From: Macrostomum lignano
Lineage: Eukaryota
NCBI GenBank assembly: GCA_002269645.1
Contig: NIVC01001359.1
Span: 131,492-195,491 of the forward strand
Direction of reading: 5' to 3'
Length of the DNA: 64,000 bases
Below the pieces are notes generated by a model. That model made no database searches and had not been told where the DNA came from. It worked only from the letters and a program-made list of their open reading frames with translations. A program made the translations under genes and the position numbers. Shown here in pieces: positions 36,096 to 64,000 of the stretch (position 1 is the first letter of the stretch; each line of letters begins with the position of its first letter).

Positions 36096-37003
36096 CTCGA
36101 ATCTGAAACTGAACTCTATTCTCGAACCTGAGCTCAAACGTTTTTAAATTCGACTCCCTGAAATGACCAATGAGGATTTTTCGGTGCAGCATTTTCTGAG
36201 CTTGTACTGAGCTTCATTCTCACCAAGACGCGTTATCATTGGTTGTACCTGACGGTCTCAGCCCATCCAGTTTTCTCAGTAGTCTCAGTTTCGAGTTGTG
36301 AAAAATAAAAGCGACGAAAATCTTTCGCGTTCCCTCTCCACTTGAACTTCGCCTCCGTTCCCCCTAGAATTCGACATAGAATTTTTTCTGCTCATTGAAT
36401 AAAGACAGATTTCAAACACAGACTCGATCAAGGCTGCAGAACTTCATTCGCCTACTGAGTAAGTCTAGCGTAGCAACTACAGGCTGCAGGTGGCTGTCCG
36501 TAACTCAGCCAGACTGCTTACTCAATGAACTCGCTAAGCGAGACTCAAGCATACTCGTAGAGCGGATTTATAGCCATTTGGTTGTTGGGCTCCATTAGGC
36601 TTGCAGTAATTACGTAATGAAGCATATTTTAGATTATGCACAAATCCGCTGACAGCTTGTGCTACCCGAGCAGAATTAACAGGGATTGAGATTAAGCAAA
36701 TGTCTTGTGCAATCGCTCTGGGTAATCCTAGCGGTCTCCGCGAGAGCTTCTCAAATTCAAATTTGGCATCGGAATGCTGCTGTGGACTCGCAAAGCTGCT
36801 CAAGACCTCTACTGCTTTGCGTGATGCCTGATTTTGAAAACAAATCATTTCTAGGAAAGAAAACGTTTCACTCAGCTTGTTATGAAGCTGTAAAATTTGT
36901 CTAATTTATTCAGCTTGATCAGACGTGACTGAATTTTTTAGCGAAGTCGCTACTGTTTTATCTCCAACATTTCAGGCCTCGCAAAACTCCACCTTACTGA
37001 GAC

Positions 37004-37809
37004 ATGACCCGAGCAGCTCTACTGATGTTGCTTCTGTGCAGCGCGCTGGCCGTGATCGCCGAGGTGAGTCCTAATTACCGAGTTGCACCTATATTTTTAA
37101 TCATTTCAAACTAGCCCTCACTCAACCTGCATCGCTAATCAATTGATTTCAGAGCGCCAATTCGATTGACAATGAGCCAACGCTGCAGGAATTTTCTCAA
37201 AGCGCTTCAAGCGACCTGATAAATCGAATTGAGCAGGTGAAACGGTACTTGGGCTCTGCCATGAGACTCCGAGCCAAGAAGAACATGGGCTCTGCCATGA
37301 GACTCCGAGCCAAGAAGAACATGGGCTCTGCCATGAGACTCCGAGCCAAGAAGAACATGGGCTCTGCCATGAGACTCCGAGCCAAGAAGAACATGGGCTC
37401 TGCCATGAGACTCCGAAGCAAGAAGAACATGGGTTCTGCCATGAGACTACGAGGCAAGAAGTACTTAGGCTCGGCTATGAGACTCCGTTTCAAGCGTCAC
37501 GTCGGCACACCCTGGCGTTGGAGCGCACCTAATTACAAACGAAGCTACAATCTGCCTTACCTTGCTGACTGGTACTTTGATCCCGTTGTTGTGCACAACT
37601 TTGACCAAGACGCTAACAACAACAACGATTTGGAGGATTCTGCTGAACAGCTGGTTAAAAGACATCTTGGCGCCGCCGTTCGTTTTGGAGGCGATCGTCG
37701 GTGGCGGTACTCCTGGCCCAACTGGTACCAGCAGCAGGGCAAGCGCTACCTCGGTTCCGCCATGCGTTTCCGGTCGACGGCCAGGTACAATGGCCCCTAT
37801 CGTTACTAA
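37004..37809 (+). CDS. Neuropeptide precursor (prepropeptide, 238 aa)
   Basis: Exon 37004-37063 encodes a signal-peptide-like MTRAALLMLLLCSALAVIAE and ends at a GTGAGT donor. Exon 37153-37809 encodes repeated peptides between KR/KK sites: YLGSAMRLRA, NMGSAMRLRA x3, NMGSAMRLRS, NMGSAMRLRG, YLGSAMRLRF, HVGTPWRWSAPNY, HLGAAVRFGGDRR..., YLGSAMRFR.... Confidence 0.9.
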
Positions 37810-37994
37810 CTTGCAACAAGTCGAGTTGCTATTCTTTAACACAAACTAAAGCTGCTTTAAAGATAAGCTAAAGATTGAACCATTCGATTTCAAACGAAAA
37901 AATATACTGTCGTGGCACCGCAGCTGTAAAGTCAGCATTTACCATCCGGGTGAAAGAGTCATTCAGATTATTTAAAGAGTTATTGTTTCGGATA

Positions 37995-39875
37995 CTAAGA
38001 TACTTAGACGGATACTAAGATGGAATTGCACTAGCACAGACGGATACTAAGATGGAAGGGCACTAGCACAGACGGATACTAAGATGGAATAGCACTAGCA
38101 CAGACGGATACTAAGATGGAATAGCACTAGCACAGATGGATACTAAGATGGAATTGCACTAGCACAGATGGATACTAAGATGGAATAGCACTAGCACAGA
38201 CGGATACTAAGATGGAAGGGCACTAGCACAGATGGATACTAAGATGGAATAGCACTAGCACAGACGGATACTAAGATGGAAGGGCACTAGCACAGACGGA
38301 TAATGAGATGGAAGGGCACTAGCACAGACGGATACTAAGATGGAATAGCACAAGCACTGACAGGTACTAAGATGGAATAGCACTAGCACAGACGGATACT
38401 AAGATGGAAGGGCACTAGCACAGACGGATACTAAGATGGAATAGCACTAGCACAGACGGATACTAAGATGGAAGGGCACTAGCACAGACGGATACTAAGA
38501 TGGAATAGCACTAGCACAGACGGATACTAAGATGGAAGGGCACTAGCACAGACGGATACTAAGATGGAAGGGCACTAGCACAGACGGATACTAAAATGGA
38601 AGGGCACTAGCACAGACGGATACTAAGATGGAATAGCACTAGCACAGACGGATACTAAGATGGAATAGCACTAGCACAGACGGATACTAAGATGGAATAG
38701 CACTAGCACAGACGGATACTAAGATGGAATAGCACTAGCACAGACGAATACTAAAATGGAAGGGCACTAGCACAGACGGATACTAAGATGGAATTGCACT
38801 AGCACAGACGGATACTAAGATGGAATAGCACTAGCACAGATGGATACTAAGATGGAATTGCACTAGCACAGACGGATACTAAGATGGAAGGGCACTAGCA
38901 CAGACGGATACTAAGATGGAATTGCACTAGCACAGACGGATACTAAAATGGAATTGCACTAGCACAGATGGATACTAAAATGGAAGGGCACTAGCACAGA
39001 CGGATACTAAAATGGAAGGGCACTAGCACAGATGGATACTAAAATGGAATTGCACTAGCACAGACGGATACTAAAATGGAAGGGCACTAGCACAGACGGA
39101 TACTAAGATGGAATTGCACTAGCACAGACGGATACTAAGATGGAATAGCACTAGCACAGACGGATACTAAGATGGAATAGCACTAGCACAGACGGATACT
39201 AAGATGGAATAGCACTAGCACAGACGAATACTAAAATGGAAGGGCACTAGCACAGACGGATACTAAGATGGAATTGCACTAGCACAGACGGATACTAAGA
39301 TGGAATAGCACTAGCACAGATGGATACTAAGATGGAATTGCACTAGCACAGACGGATACTAAGATGGAAGGGCACTAGCACAGACGGATACTAAGATGGA
39401 ATTGCACTAGCACAGACGGATACTAAAATGGAATTGCACTAGCACAGATGGATACTAAAATGGAAGGGCACTAGCACAGACGGATACTAAAATGGAAGGG
39501 CACTAGCACAGATGGATACTAAAATGGAATTGCACTAGCACAGACGGATACTAAAATGGAAGGGCACTAGCACAGATGGATACTAAAATGGAAGGGCACT
39601 AGCACAGACGGATACTAAGATGGAATTGCACTAGCACAGACGGATACTAAAATGGAAGGGCACTAGCACAGACGGATACTAAAATGGAAGGGCACTAGCA
39701 CAGACGGATACTAAGATGGAATTGCACTAGCACAGACGGATACTAAAATCGAAGGGCACTAGCACAGACGGATACTAAGATGGAATTGCACTAGCACAGA
39801 CGGATACTAAGATGGAAGGGCACTAGCACAGACGGATACTAAGATGGAAGGGCACTAGCACAGACAGACACTAAG
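37995..39875. repeat. 32-bp minisatellite with a 480-bp higher-order duplication
   Basis: GCACTAGCACAGACGGATACTAAGATGGAA(TA/GG/TT), about 58 copies. Confidence 0.97.
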
Positions 39876-40099
39876 ACCTATTTCATGGACGTATTCCCAA
39901 GCATGGGTTTGGCCCAAGGTATTGCAGTCGATCCTTGTTAAAGACTGGAAATTGGCAGACAAAATGCTTGTTATTTTTAATGTCTAGGCGGAAAAAACAA
40001 TGCTTGGCGTAGCACCGTGAAGGTCATGGTGATGGCCCGCACGTCTTTTCTGCTGAGATTTACCCGGACATTACAGAGCCTTGTAATCTCTAAGATTGT

Positions 40100-40750
40100 A
40101 GAGATCTCGTCGCTCTAGCTAACCCCTGGCGACCACGGGCAGCTGGTGCTGCGGTGTCGTGCAGGGAGATCCGGTGGTGTCGGTGTCCGCAGCGCGGTCC
40201 CCCCTCTGGAGAGTCCAGGAGGCAAATGGTCGCTCGTCCTTAGGTAGCGGACGAGCTGGCAGAGATCGAAACTCTCGGGCCTGGAAGCGTCCAGGGTTTT
40301 GTCCGAGGTAGGTGAGCCTGTCCAGAGTAAAGGTGAAGCATTCACAAATGAAGTGCTCCGCATGCTCAACACCGAAGAGGCAGAATGGGCATTTCTCACT
40401 ACGGATTTTCCCCGGAAGTGGCGATGCCTGGCAAAACGGCCATGACCCGAGAGACCGCCCTGATGTCCCTGAGGTTGAGTCCAAGCATGCAGGGCCCTGC
40501 GGAGGGCGGGGGAAAGACAGGGGACAGCCGCGCGGGATTGCCGGCAGTCGGGGGCGTTAGCCCACCTCTCCCTGTGCTTTGAAGCCACCCACTGGTTGAT
40601 CCGAGTGGTGACAGCAGCTGATGGCGAGAAGTTCGTTCTGGAAAACGGTAGAGCAGGTTCCGGTGTGCTGGGAGAAGGTCGCCACGGTTCTTCCTTCGGA
40701 CACGATGCAGTAGCCGTAGCCAGAGGCGGAGTTGATTTGAGATCAACTGA
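40100..40750 (-). mobile_element. Non-LTR retrotransposon 3' fragment (RNase H plus CCHC; I/R1/LOA-like)
   Basis: Minus frames give SGYGYCIVSEGRTVATFSQHTGTCSTVFQNELLAI (RNase H N-part), then RINQWVASKHRERWANAPDCRQS, LSGHGRFARHRHF and CPFCLFGVEHAEHFICECFTFTLDRLTYLG (zinc knuckle). Frameshifted and internally deleted. Confidence 0.8.
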
Positions 40751-41155
40751 CCTATGACCACTCAAGTTTTTTTCGGAATGCTTTGATCGCCAATCGAACG
40801 AGCGTATTGTGAAGAATCTTTCGAATAATTAATCCTCTTAGCATTAGGAAGTGTTTTAACGAGAAGGCATGTACGAATAGATATAGGGCCATATGCACAC
40901 CAACACTGGATAGTCTGGACAAGTTATTTTGGTCTACATAGATAGTCTTTAAATCGATACGCACACATCTAGCCATGACAAAGAGGAAGAAGCTATACTA
41001 TTTTATCCTTTATGTTCACGGTCAAGGTAAAGGTCATATTTTAAAGGAATTCCCCATATACGTCTTTCAGGGGGGGTAAAGTTACGTCTCAAAGTCAACT
41101 CCAAAGTCAAGACTGGCTTCTCAAGTCGAAACTATAAAAAATTCATTGGTCACTA

Positions 41156-41460
41156 CGGGGTTGCAGCCTAGTGGTCAGAGCGTCGGACTCACGACTGAAA
41201 GGTCGGGGGTTCGATTCTCGACTCAATCGGAAAAATTTGTATCCTTGAGCAAAATACTTAACTCTGCTTCACCCAGCTGTAAAATGGTTGCCAGCATTAG
41301 CTGGGGTAATTGAGGGTGTGTGTGTGGCGACCCCCCAGTCCTTAGACTGAACAGCCGTACGCAGCCTTCAGGTGCGCCGCGCAATAGCTGCGGCTGAGCT
41401 GTCGGTTGCACATCTGCCCATTTAGTGCAGGTTTAATCAATTATTACTATTATATTATTT
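41156..41460 (+). mobile_element. tRNA-derived SINE with CORE-like central domain
   Basis: Head GGGGTTGCAGCCTAGTGGTCAGAGCG...GGTTCGATTC carries A and B boxes. It is followed by GTATCCTTGAGCAAAATACTTAACTC...CTGTAAAATGG, resembling the MIR/CORE consensus CCTTGGGCAAGTTACTTAACC...CTGTAAAATGG, and a TTA-rich tail. Confidence 0.75.
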
Positions 41461-43159
41461 TCGTCACAGTTCATGTAATAGCTTCGAACGTTCACATCGA
41501 CCGTATTTTTGTTGTTGACCTATAGTCAGGCTACTACAAGTAGCTCGTACAGAAACACAATCCCATGTTGGCGCGCGAGTTGAAGCATTTTTTTTTAAAA
41601 TTGATCCTTTCAAATTGTTTGATAAGCAGTTTCATTTTTTAAAAATAGCAAACGCTTTTTTCGATATCGTCACTTTTGTCATTTGTCTGTTGTATATCTG
41701 TTGTAGATCTCAAGTGGAGCGAGAGAAAATAATTGATAGCTGCCTGTCTGCTGGGAACGACAGTTTGGAAGGTGCACTGAAGCCATGCAATCATCTCCCG
41801 TTTTGTACAGCAAATTTGGCTCTGGCATCTCTGTGCAGCTGCAAGCAACCTTTGGAAGACATCGTATCACAACCAGAGCTGACGACAATTCTGCCCATAT
41901 TTGTCGCCGCAGGAATGTGTGCACTCTCTGTGGCGGTTTGCCCCCGGGCTAAGATCTCCCAGCTGGGGCCAGTCTCAGCAATCGAGCAAAAAATAGGGAT
42001 GCAGAAGGAATTCTGTCCGAGTATTTATAGTCATAGCTCTCGAATACTGGGTAGCTCTCGAGGTGCGGGTTGGGGATTTTAGCCGGCTTTATTGGGATCG
42101 CCAATTCGGAGTGGGTGGTGCAGGACTCTGGCTGTCTCAGGAGGGGGTATCTGTCCATCTGCACTCGGCCTCGGAGTAATAGTTACACTTTGCTGGTGGG
42201 CGGGGTGGCGATCAGGAGATGCGCTCGAGGCCATCCTGAGGCGCTCATTTCGAGCTGGCTGGTGGTTAGAGGGAGAGTTTGGACTGAGGGGATTTCTAAA
42301 TTTATCCCCCCCCTAAGCGGCGATATTCTCCTTGCACGCAAAAGTGTGCCACTGAAATAGCTGGACGCTGGGGTGAAAGCGTACAGAACGAAATTCTGCC
42401 TGAGCTTCTTAATTGAGCAGGCGCGAGAAAGCTCGTTCGCCACCCGAGTGCACTGGGGGGGGGGTGCAGGATAGGGCAAGAGAAACCCGGGACAGAGCAT
42501 GTGGAGAGTCAAGAGTGCAAAGAGAATGAAGCTTCATGTCCGACCGGGAGGTTGAGTACAGCTCCCTATGGGTATGAGCTGGATGCTGGCAATGCTGTCT
42601 CCCCCTGCCCGCCTCCCAGTTTCCAGTTGAAGCCGGGAAAAGCCAGCGCAGGGGGGGGGGAAGGAAAAGCAGACGACAGAAGAGCCAGGGGAGAAGAGAG
42701 GATGGGGTAGGCGGAGCTGAGTCTGATTCGCGACTTTCGTGGGGTGTTTGAGAAGATGCGGATTCCCCCAGCCCGCTAGTGCGGGGTCAGAGCCCCCCCC
42801 CACCTCGCCCCCCTTCAGTCAACCCTTCACCCTCTCAGCCGTCTCCCTCCGCCATCCCTGCCCTTCTCAAAGCCGGATAGAGATGGGTTTCTGCTGTTCC
42901 ACGCCACTCCAGCCAAAAAAATTGTTATCCACCGCCTATTTGGCTATAAAATTGCAGAACGGGTCACAGACAGCGGCTTCTGGTTTAGCTTTGCTCAACC
43001 GAAAAGTTTAACGCAACATGCGTCAGATTTTTTATCGACTCGTCAACTAATTTAAAATATTGCTCCTAATTAGCTTTTGTCCAAATTCTTAACCGGCTGT
43101 TAACAAAGGTGAGATCTCTGCACCTGTTTGACTCAATTAGACATTTAAAAGATACCTGT

Positions 43160-44790
43160 GATCGGTCATCGCCCCCCCCTCAGCTCTGATTCTATGATCG
43201 ATCATCGCCCCCCTCAACTCCGATTCTATGATCGGTCATCGCCCTCCACCTCATCGATTCTGTAATTGGTCATCGCCCTCATAAACTCCGATTCTGTGAT
43301 CGGTCATCGCCCTTCTCAGCTCCGATTTTATGATCGGTCATCGCCCTCCACCTCATCGATTTTGTGATCGGTCATCGCCCTTCACCTCACCGATTCTGTG
43401 ATCGGTCATCGCCCTTCTCAGCTCCGATTCTATGATCGGTCATCGCCCTCCACCTCATCGATTTTGTGATCGGTCATCGCCCTTCACCTCACCGATTCTG
43501 TGATCGGTCATCGCCCTCCTTCGCTCCAATTCTGTGATCGGTCATCGCCCTTCACCTCACCGATTCTGTGATCGGTCATCGCCCTCCTTCGCTCCGATTC
43601 TGTGATCGGTCATCGCCCTTCACCTCACCGATTCTGTGATCGGTCATCGCCCTCCTTCGCTCCGATTCTGTGATCGGTCATCGCCCTCCTTCGCTCCAAT
43701 TCTGTGATCGGTCATCGCCCTCCTTCGCTCCGATTCTGTGATCGGTCATCGCCCTCCTTCGCTCCGATTCTGTGATCGGTCATCGCCCTCCTTCGCTCCA
43801 ATTCTGTGATCGGTCATCGCCCTCCTTGACTCCGATTCTATGATCGGTCATCGCCCTTCACCTTACCGATTCTGTGATCGGTCATCGCCCTCCTTCGCTC
43901 CAATTCTGTGATCGGTCATCGCCCTCCTTGACTCCGATTCTATGATCGGTCATCGCCCTCCTTGACTCCGATTCTATGATCGGTCATCGTCCTCCTTAAC
44001 TCCGATTCTATGATCGGTCATCGCCCTCCTTAACTCCGATTCTGTGATCGGTCATCGCCCTCCTTGACTTCGATTCTATGATCGGTCATCGCCCTCCTTG
44101 ACTCCGATTATATGATCGGTCATCGTCCTCCTTAACTCCGATTCTGTGATCGGTCATCGCCCTCCTTAACTCCGATTCTGTGATCGGTCATCGCCCTCCT
44201 TAACTCCGATTCTGTGATCGGTTATCGCCCTCCTTGACTCCGATTCTATGATCGGTCATCGCCCTCCTTGACTCCGATTCTATGATCGGTCATCGCCCTC
44301 CTTAACTCCGATTCTGTGATCAGTCATCGCCCTCCTTGACTCCGATTGTATGATCGGTCATCGTCCTCCTTAACTCCGATTCTGTGATCGTTCATCGCCC
44401 TCCTTAACTCCGATTCTGTGATCGGTCATCGCCCTCCTTAACTCCGATTCTGTGATCGGTCATCGCCCTCCTTAACTCCGATTCTGTGATCGGTCATCGC
44501 CCTCCTTCGCTTCGATTCTGTGATCGGTCATCGCCCTCCTTCGCTTCGATTCTGTGATCGGTCATCGCCCTCCTTCGCTTCGATTCTGTGATCGGTCATC
44601 GCCCTCCTCGACTCCGATTCTGCGATCGGTCATCGCCCTCCACCTCATTGATTATATGATCGGTCATCGCCTTTCACCTCAACGATTATATTATCGGTCA
44701 TCGCCCTTCACCTCACCGATTCTATATGATCGGTCATCGCCCTCCACCTCATCGATTCTGTCATCGCCCTCCTTAACTCCGATTCTGTGA
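43160..44790. repeat. 34-bp minisatellite
   Basis: GATCGGTCATCGCCCTCCTTAACTCCGATTCTGT, about 47 copies. Confidence 0.97.
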
Positions 44791-45574
44791 TCTGTGATCG
44801 ATAAACCACAGACAGTGGTTTATGTGGGTAAGCTCTACTAAGCTTAAGAAACACTTTCAACCAGTTTTATTGCCAGTCTCAGTCGCCATAACTGATAGGG
44901 CCGGATGCTCAGTCTAAAACACTCCCAGTTTCCCTTAATTGCTCTCCACTCTCACTTTCTGACACCCTGGAATGGTGCATGCCATTTCCTTGCTAACTTC
45001 TTGGCACCAGTGAAATTTGTTTAACTTATCAACTGTCTATTGATATAGTAGCTCCAAGTATTAAACACAGTAAACTCTTATTTATTATAGTTAGCTCTTT
45101 AATTCATAAGAAACTTTTAAGCTTACTTCAGTGCAATGACGGGCTGCATGAGGATGTATATGGCTTTTATTGGGTCTCCACGTTTTGTTCAAGGCAGCCC
45201 TGTGGTCATGCCGGACTGCCAGCCGCTGGGATTGCTGACCGCTTGCTGCTGAAGAAGTAGAGCCTGGGCGGGAGAGGGAAGATGCGAGGTGGTGGGGAGG
45301 CGGCCCGTGGCTTACAATAAATAATTAATTAAGACCTCTCTACCCTCCGGTGTCAGCCATGCCATACCGCTGGCCCTGACTGGACTCCGGGCTGCGATCT
45401 GCTCTCAGGGGGTATGTACACACATATATATATGTATATTCATGTGAAATACTACACTGGCACAGAGACCAACTTCAAACCCCTTGCAGCCATTCCCTCC
45501 TACTGTTCTTCCTAATCCTCTGCTGCCAAGTTCGAAATGGCTGACTCTTAAGCACGAGCGAGGCACTGATAGAT

Positions 45575-45995
<421 letters not shown>

Positions 45996-46284
45996 GTGGA
46001 TAAATAGATTAGCAAACGCTGCATCTGCCATCCAGCATCTCACTGTCCCAGTTAATTACTTTGCCTCTAGCGGAAACCCAACTGATTGAGTTCTTTATCC
46101 AAACTCTGACGCCGTCCGCCTACTCCTATGCAGCAAGTGAATTTCCATCACTTCCACAACAACAGTATTGACTGCATTTGTCCTTTACACTGCATGGCGC
46201 TTGTCAGTCATTTACTCTTCACTTGGACCGAGTCTCCTTGCCACTGCTGCCCATTTCCATTAAAGCTCCGATATTTTTGTTTCT

Positions 46285-46785
46285 CAATCTCATGAATCTC
46301 ACGAATCTCACAAATCTCATGAATCTCATGAATCTCCCCTATCTCATGAATGTCCCCCATCCCATGAAGCTGCCCTATCTCATGAATGTCCCCCATCTCA
46401 TGAAGCTGCCCTATCTCATGAATGTCCCCCATCTCATGAAGCTGCCCTATCTCATGAATCTCCCCCATCTCATGAAGCTGCCCTATCTCATGAATCTCCC
46501 CCATCTCATGAAGCTGCCCTATCTCATGAATGTCCCCCATCTCATGAAGCTGCCCTATCTCATGAATCTCCCCCATCTCATGAAGCTGCCCTATCTCATG
46601 AATGTCCCCCATCTCATGAAGCTGCCCTATCTCATGAATCTCCTTCATCTCATGAAGCTGCCCTATCTCATGAATCTCCCCCATCTCATGAAGCTGCCCT
46701 ATCTCATGAATCTCCCCCATCTCATGAAGCTGCCCTATCTCATGAATCTCCCTCATCTCATGAAGCTGCCCTATCTCATGAATCT
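46285..46785. repeat. 36-bp (2x18) minisatellite
   Basis: CTCATGAATCTCCCCCATCTCATGAAGCTGCCCTAT. Confidence 0.95.
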
Positions 46786-47214
46786 AAAGAATCCTAAAAT
46801 TTTGAAGAGTCCTAATCAAAAATCTGAAATTTGGACAAAATTGAGTTACAATGCGGGCGGAAAAAAGTTCAAAAAAGTCACGCGCAAGTTTTTCGATAAC
46901 CTACTTCCTGCCCATGAGTGCTGAGGAGCCTCAGCTCAGTATGCAACCTGCAGGGATTTATTGTTTTTGTCCCAGATCGATTCGTGGATTTTACCTTCCT
47001 ACTGGGGCTGTAAATTCTTTGAGAAGTTTACTTTTGCCTCAGCGTCTGTTTGCTGTGTGAAGTTCTCTTCTTTGCTCTGTAGTCTTCATATCTTTGATAA
47101 ATAATAGGGCTTAAGGAAGAAGCTGAAGAAACTGCTTTATAAGACACTGTGGTATTAATCAGTTAAGCTACTGATGCTGGTACAGTTTACGGAAGCTTAG
47201 AAAAATTAAGGGAA

Positions 47215-47597
47215 GCTTTACCTAGCCGAGGGAAGCTTTATCTAGCTGAGGGAAGCTTCAACTAGCCAAGGGAAGCTTTATCTAGCCGAGGGAAGCTTTA
47301 TCTACCCGAGGGAAGCTTTATCTATCCGAGGGAAGCTTTATCTAGCTGAGGGAAGCTTTATCTATCTGAGGGAAGCTTTATCTAGCCGAGGGAAGCTTTA
47401 TCTAGCTGAGGGAAGCTTTATCTAGCTGAGGGAAACTTTATCTAGCTGAGGGAAGCTTTATCTATCTGAGGGAAGCTTTATCTAGCTGAGGGAAGCTTTA
47501 TCTAGCCGAGGGAAGCTTTATCTATCCGAGGGAAGCTTTATCTAGCTGAGGGAAGCTTTATCTAGCCGAAGGAAGCTTTATCTAGCCGAGGGAAGCT
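47215..47597. repeat. 20-bp minisatellite
   Basis: GGGAAGCTTTATCTAGCTGA, about 19 copies. Confidence 0.95.
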
Positions 47598-48142
47598 ACA
47601 ATCCAATTAGACTTCAAGAAACTCCTGTTCCATGTGTATAATTTAGAATAGAATTTTTTGGCAGCACTACAGACTACAAGTACAACTTTTAATAAGGCAA
47701 ACTAAGCACCATGTGCACCGTTTGAAGCAGTCAAAATCAATGCGAATCAGCCTGATGCACTTTTCCTATTTTCACTAAGCTGAACGAAAAATATTTTGTC
47801 CGCAGAGAAAAAGAGCTGACGCCCACAAAGAGTCATATTTGGAGCAAAGCTGGCGTTTGGAGATTACGGAAGATTTGTTTAGGGTCAGGTTTTCTGCGCC
47901 TTGTCAGAAGAGCATGGCCATGCAGTCAAGATTGCGGATAGTTGAAGAAAGAGGCGCATTGTCTCTTGCTTTTATTCTCTTGGCGCAAAAAGCAGTGTAG
48001 TACCGCTGGCCAAACTTCAGGAGCGGAAGTTCTACTCACCCCCATTCTGTCCTATTTAAAGAGAGATTTTCTAACCATATTTCTGCGCCAATTTCTTCTA
48101 CTTGTTGTCTTGGCTGCACTTCTTGTCTGCCTGTCTCTCTAG

Positions 48143-48545
48143 CAGGTAAATACTCCCTGTCTAACACGTAAATACTCCCTGTCTAACAGGTAAATACTCC
48201 CTGTCTAACACGTAAATACTCCCTGTCTAACACGTAAATACTCCCTGTCTAACAGGTAAATACTCCCTGTCTAACACGTAAATACTCCCTGTCTAACACG
48301 TAAATACTCCCTGTCTAACATGTAAATACTCCCTGTCTAACAGGTAAATACTCCCTGTCTAACACGTAAATACTCCCTGTCTAACACGTAAATACTCCCT
48401 GTCTAACAGGTAAATACTCCCTGTCTAACAGGTAAATACTCCCTGTCTAACAGGTAACTTCTCCATGTCTAACAGGTAACTACTCCCTGTCTTACAGGTA
48501 AATAATAAACACCCCTGTCTAACAGGTAAATACTCTGTCTAACAT
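48143..48545. repeat. 22-bp minisatellite with AG|GT junction-like units
   Basis: GTAAATACTCCCTGTCTAACA(C/G), about 17 copies. Confidence 0.95.
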
Positions 48546-48780
48546 GCGACTCTCTTATTTGTATCGATTTGGCTTACAGATCTATAATAGCAACCAAAAT
48601 TATGAATGTCAACCTTTTAAGAAACAGCCGTGGAAAAACACCAACACTGATGCTATTTTTCAGCCCGGCCGTCATTCCTTCAATCGAGCGGAGCGGCCAG
48701 CCGCTGCCCATCCACGGAGAATGGCCGAGATTCTCTCGAACTGAGTCAGCAGGAGGTGCCACCGCCGCCGCCTCCTGAAG

Positions 48781-64000
<15,220 letters not shown>

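Noticed and set aside
41157-41225. Functional tRNA gene
   Set aside because: No complementary acceptor stem; it continues into a SINE body and tail. The same holds for 33982-34044.
41615-42860. GC-rich region with several 70-155-aa ORFs
   Set aside because: No recognisable domain or coherent splice pattern; may be retroelement debris.
37995-44790. CRISPR-like regular repeats (32 and 34 bp)
   Set aside because: Units are head-to-tail with no unique spacers, no cas genes are present, and the context is eukaryotic.
46178-46924. His-rich HEIGQLHEMG and MNLPHLMKLPYL repeat ORFs
   Set aside because: 36-bp array open on both strands, with no splice or start context.

Overview
Eukaryotic, intron-rich animal DNA crowded with minisatellites. 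The style suggests a free-living flatworm such as Macrostomum, but that is inference only. All genes I could model are on the + strand, built by reading GT/AG junctions and checking phase. (1) The 3' three exons of a LETMD1-like mitochondrial gene (1421-3650). (2) Two tandem 14-exon SLC26/SulP anion-transporter paralogs (6569-16902, 975 aa; 20499-28086, 983 aa). Both have an apparently remodelled anion pocket, a PDZ-type ETKF tail, a mosaic of near-identical and diverged exons, and an in-frame 36-bp array that reiterates the exon-1 splice donor. (3) A two-exon neuropeptide precursor with [Y/N/H][L/M]G[S/A]A[M/V]R[L/F] peptides (37004-37809). (4) The 5' part of a RIM-like Rab-effector zinc-finger gene (48781 to window end) carrying several apparent single-base deletions. 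Mobile elements: a defective mariner, two IS630-Tc1-like remnants, a hAT-like MITE, two tRNA-derived SINEs and an RNase H LINE fragment. About 30 tandem arrays fill the introns. Most long ORFs in the supplied track are repeat read-through, not genes.
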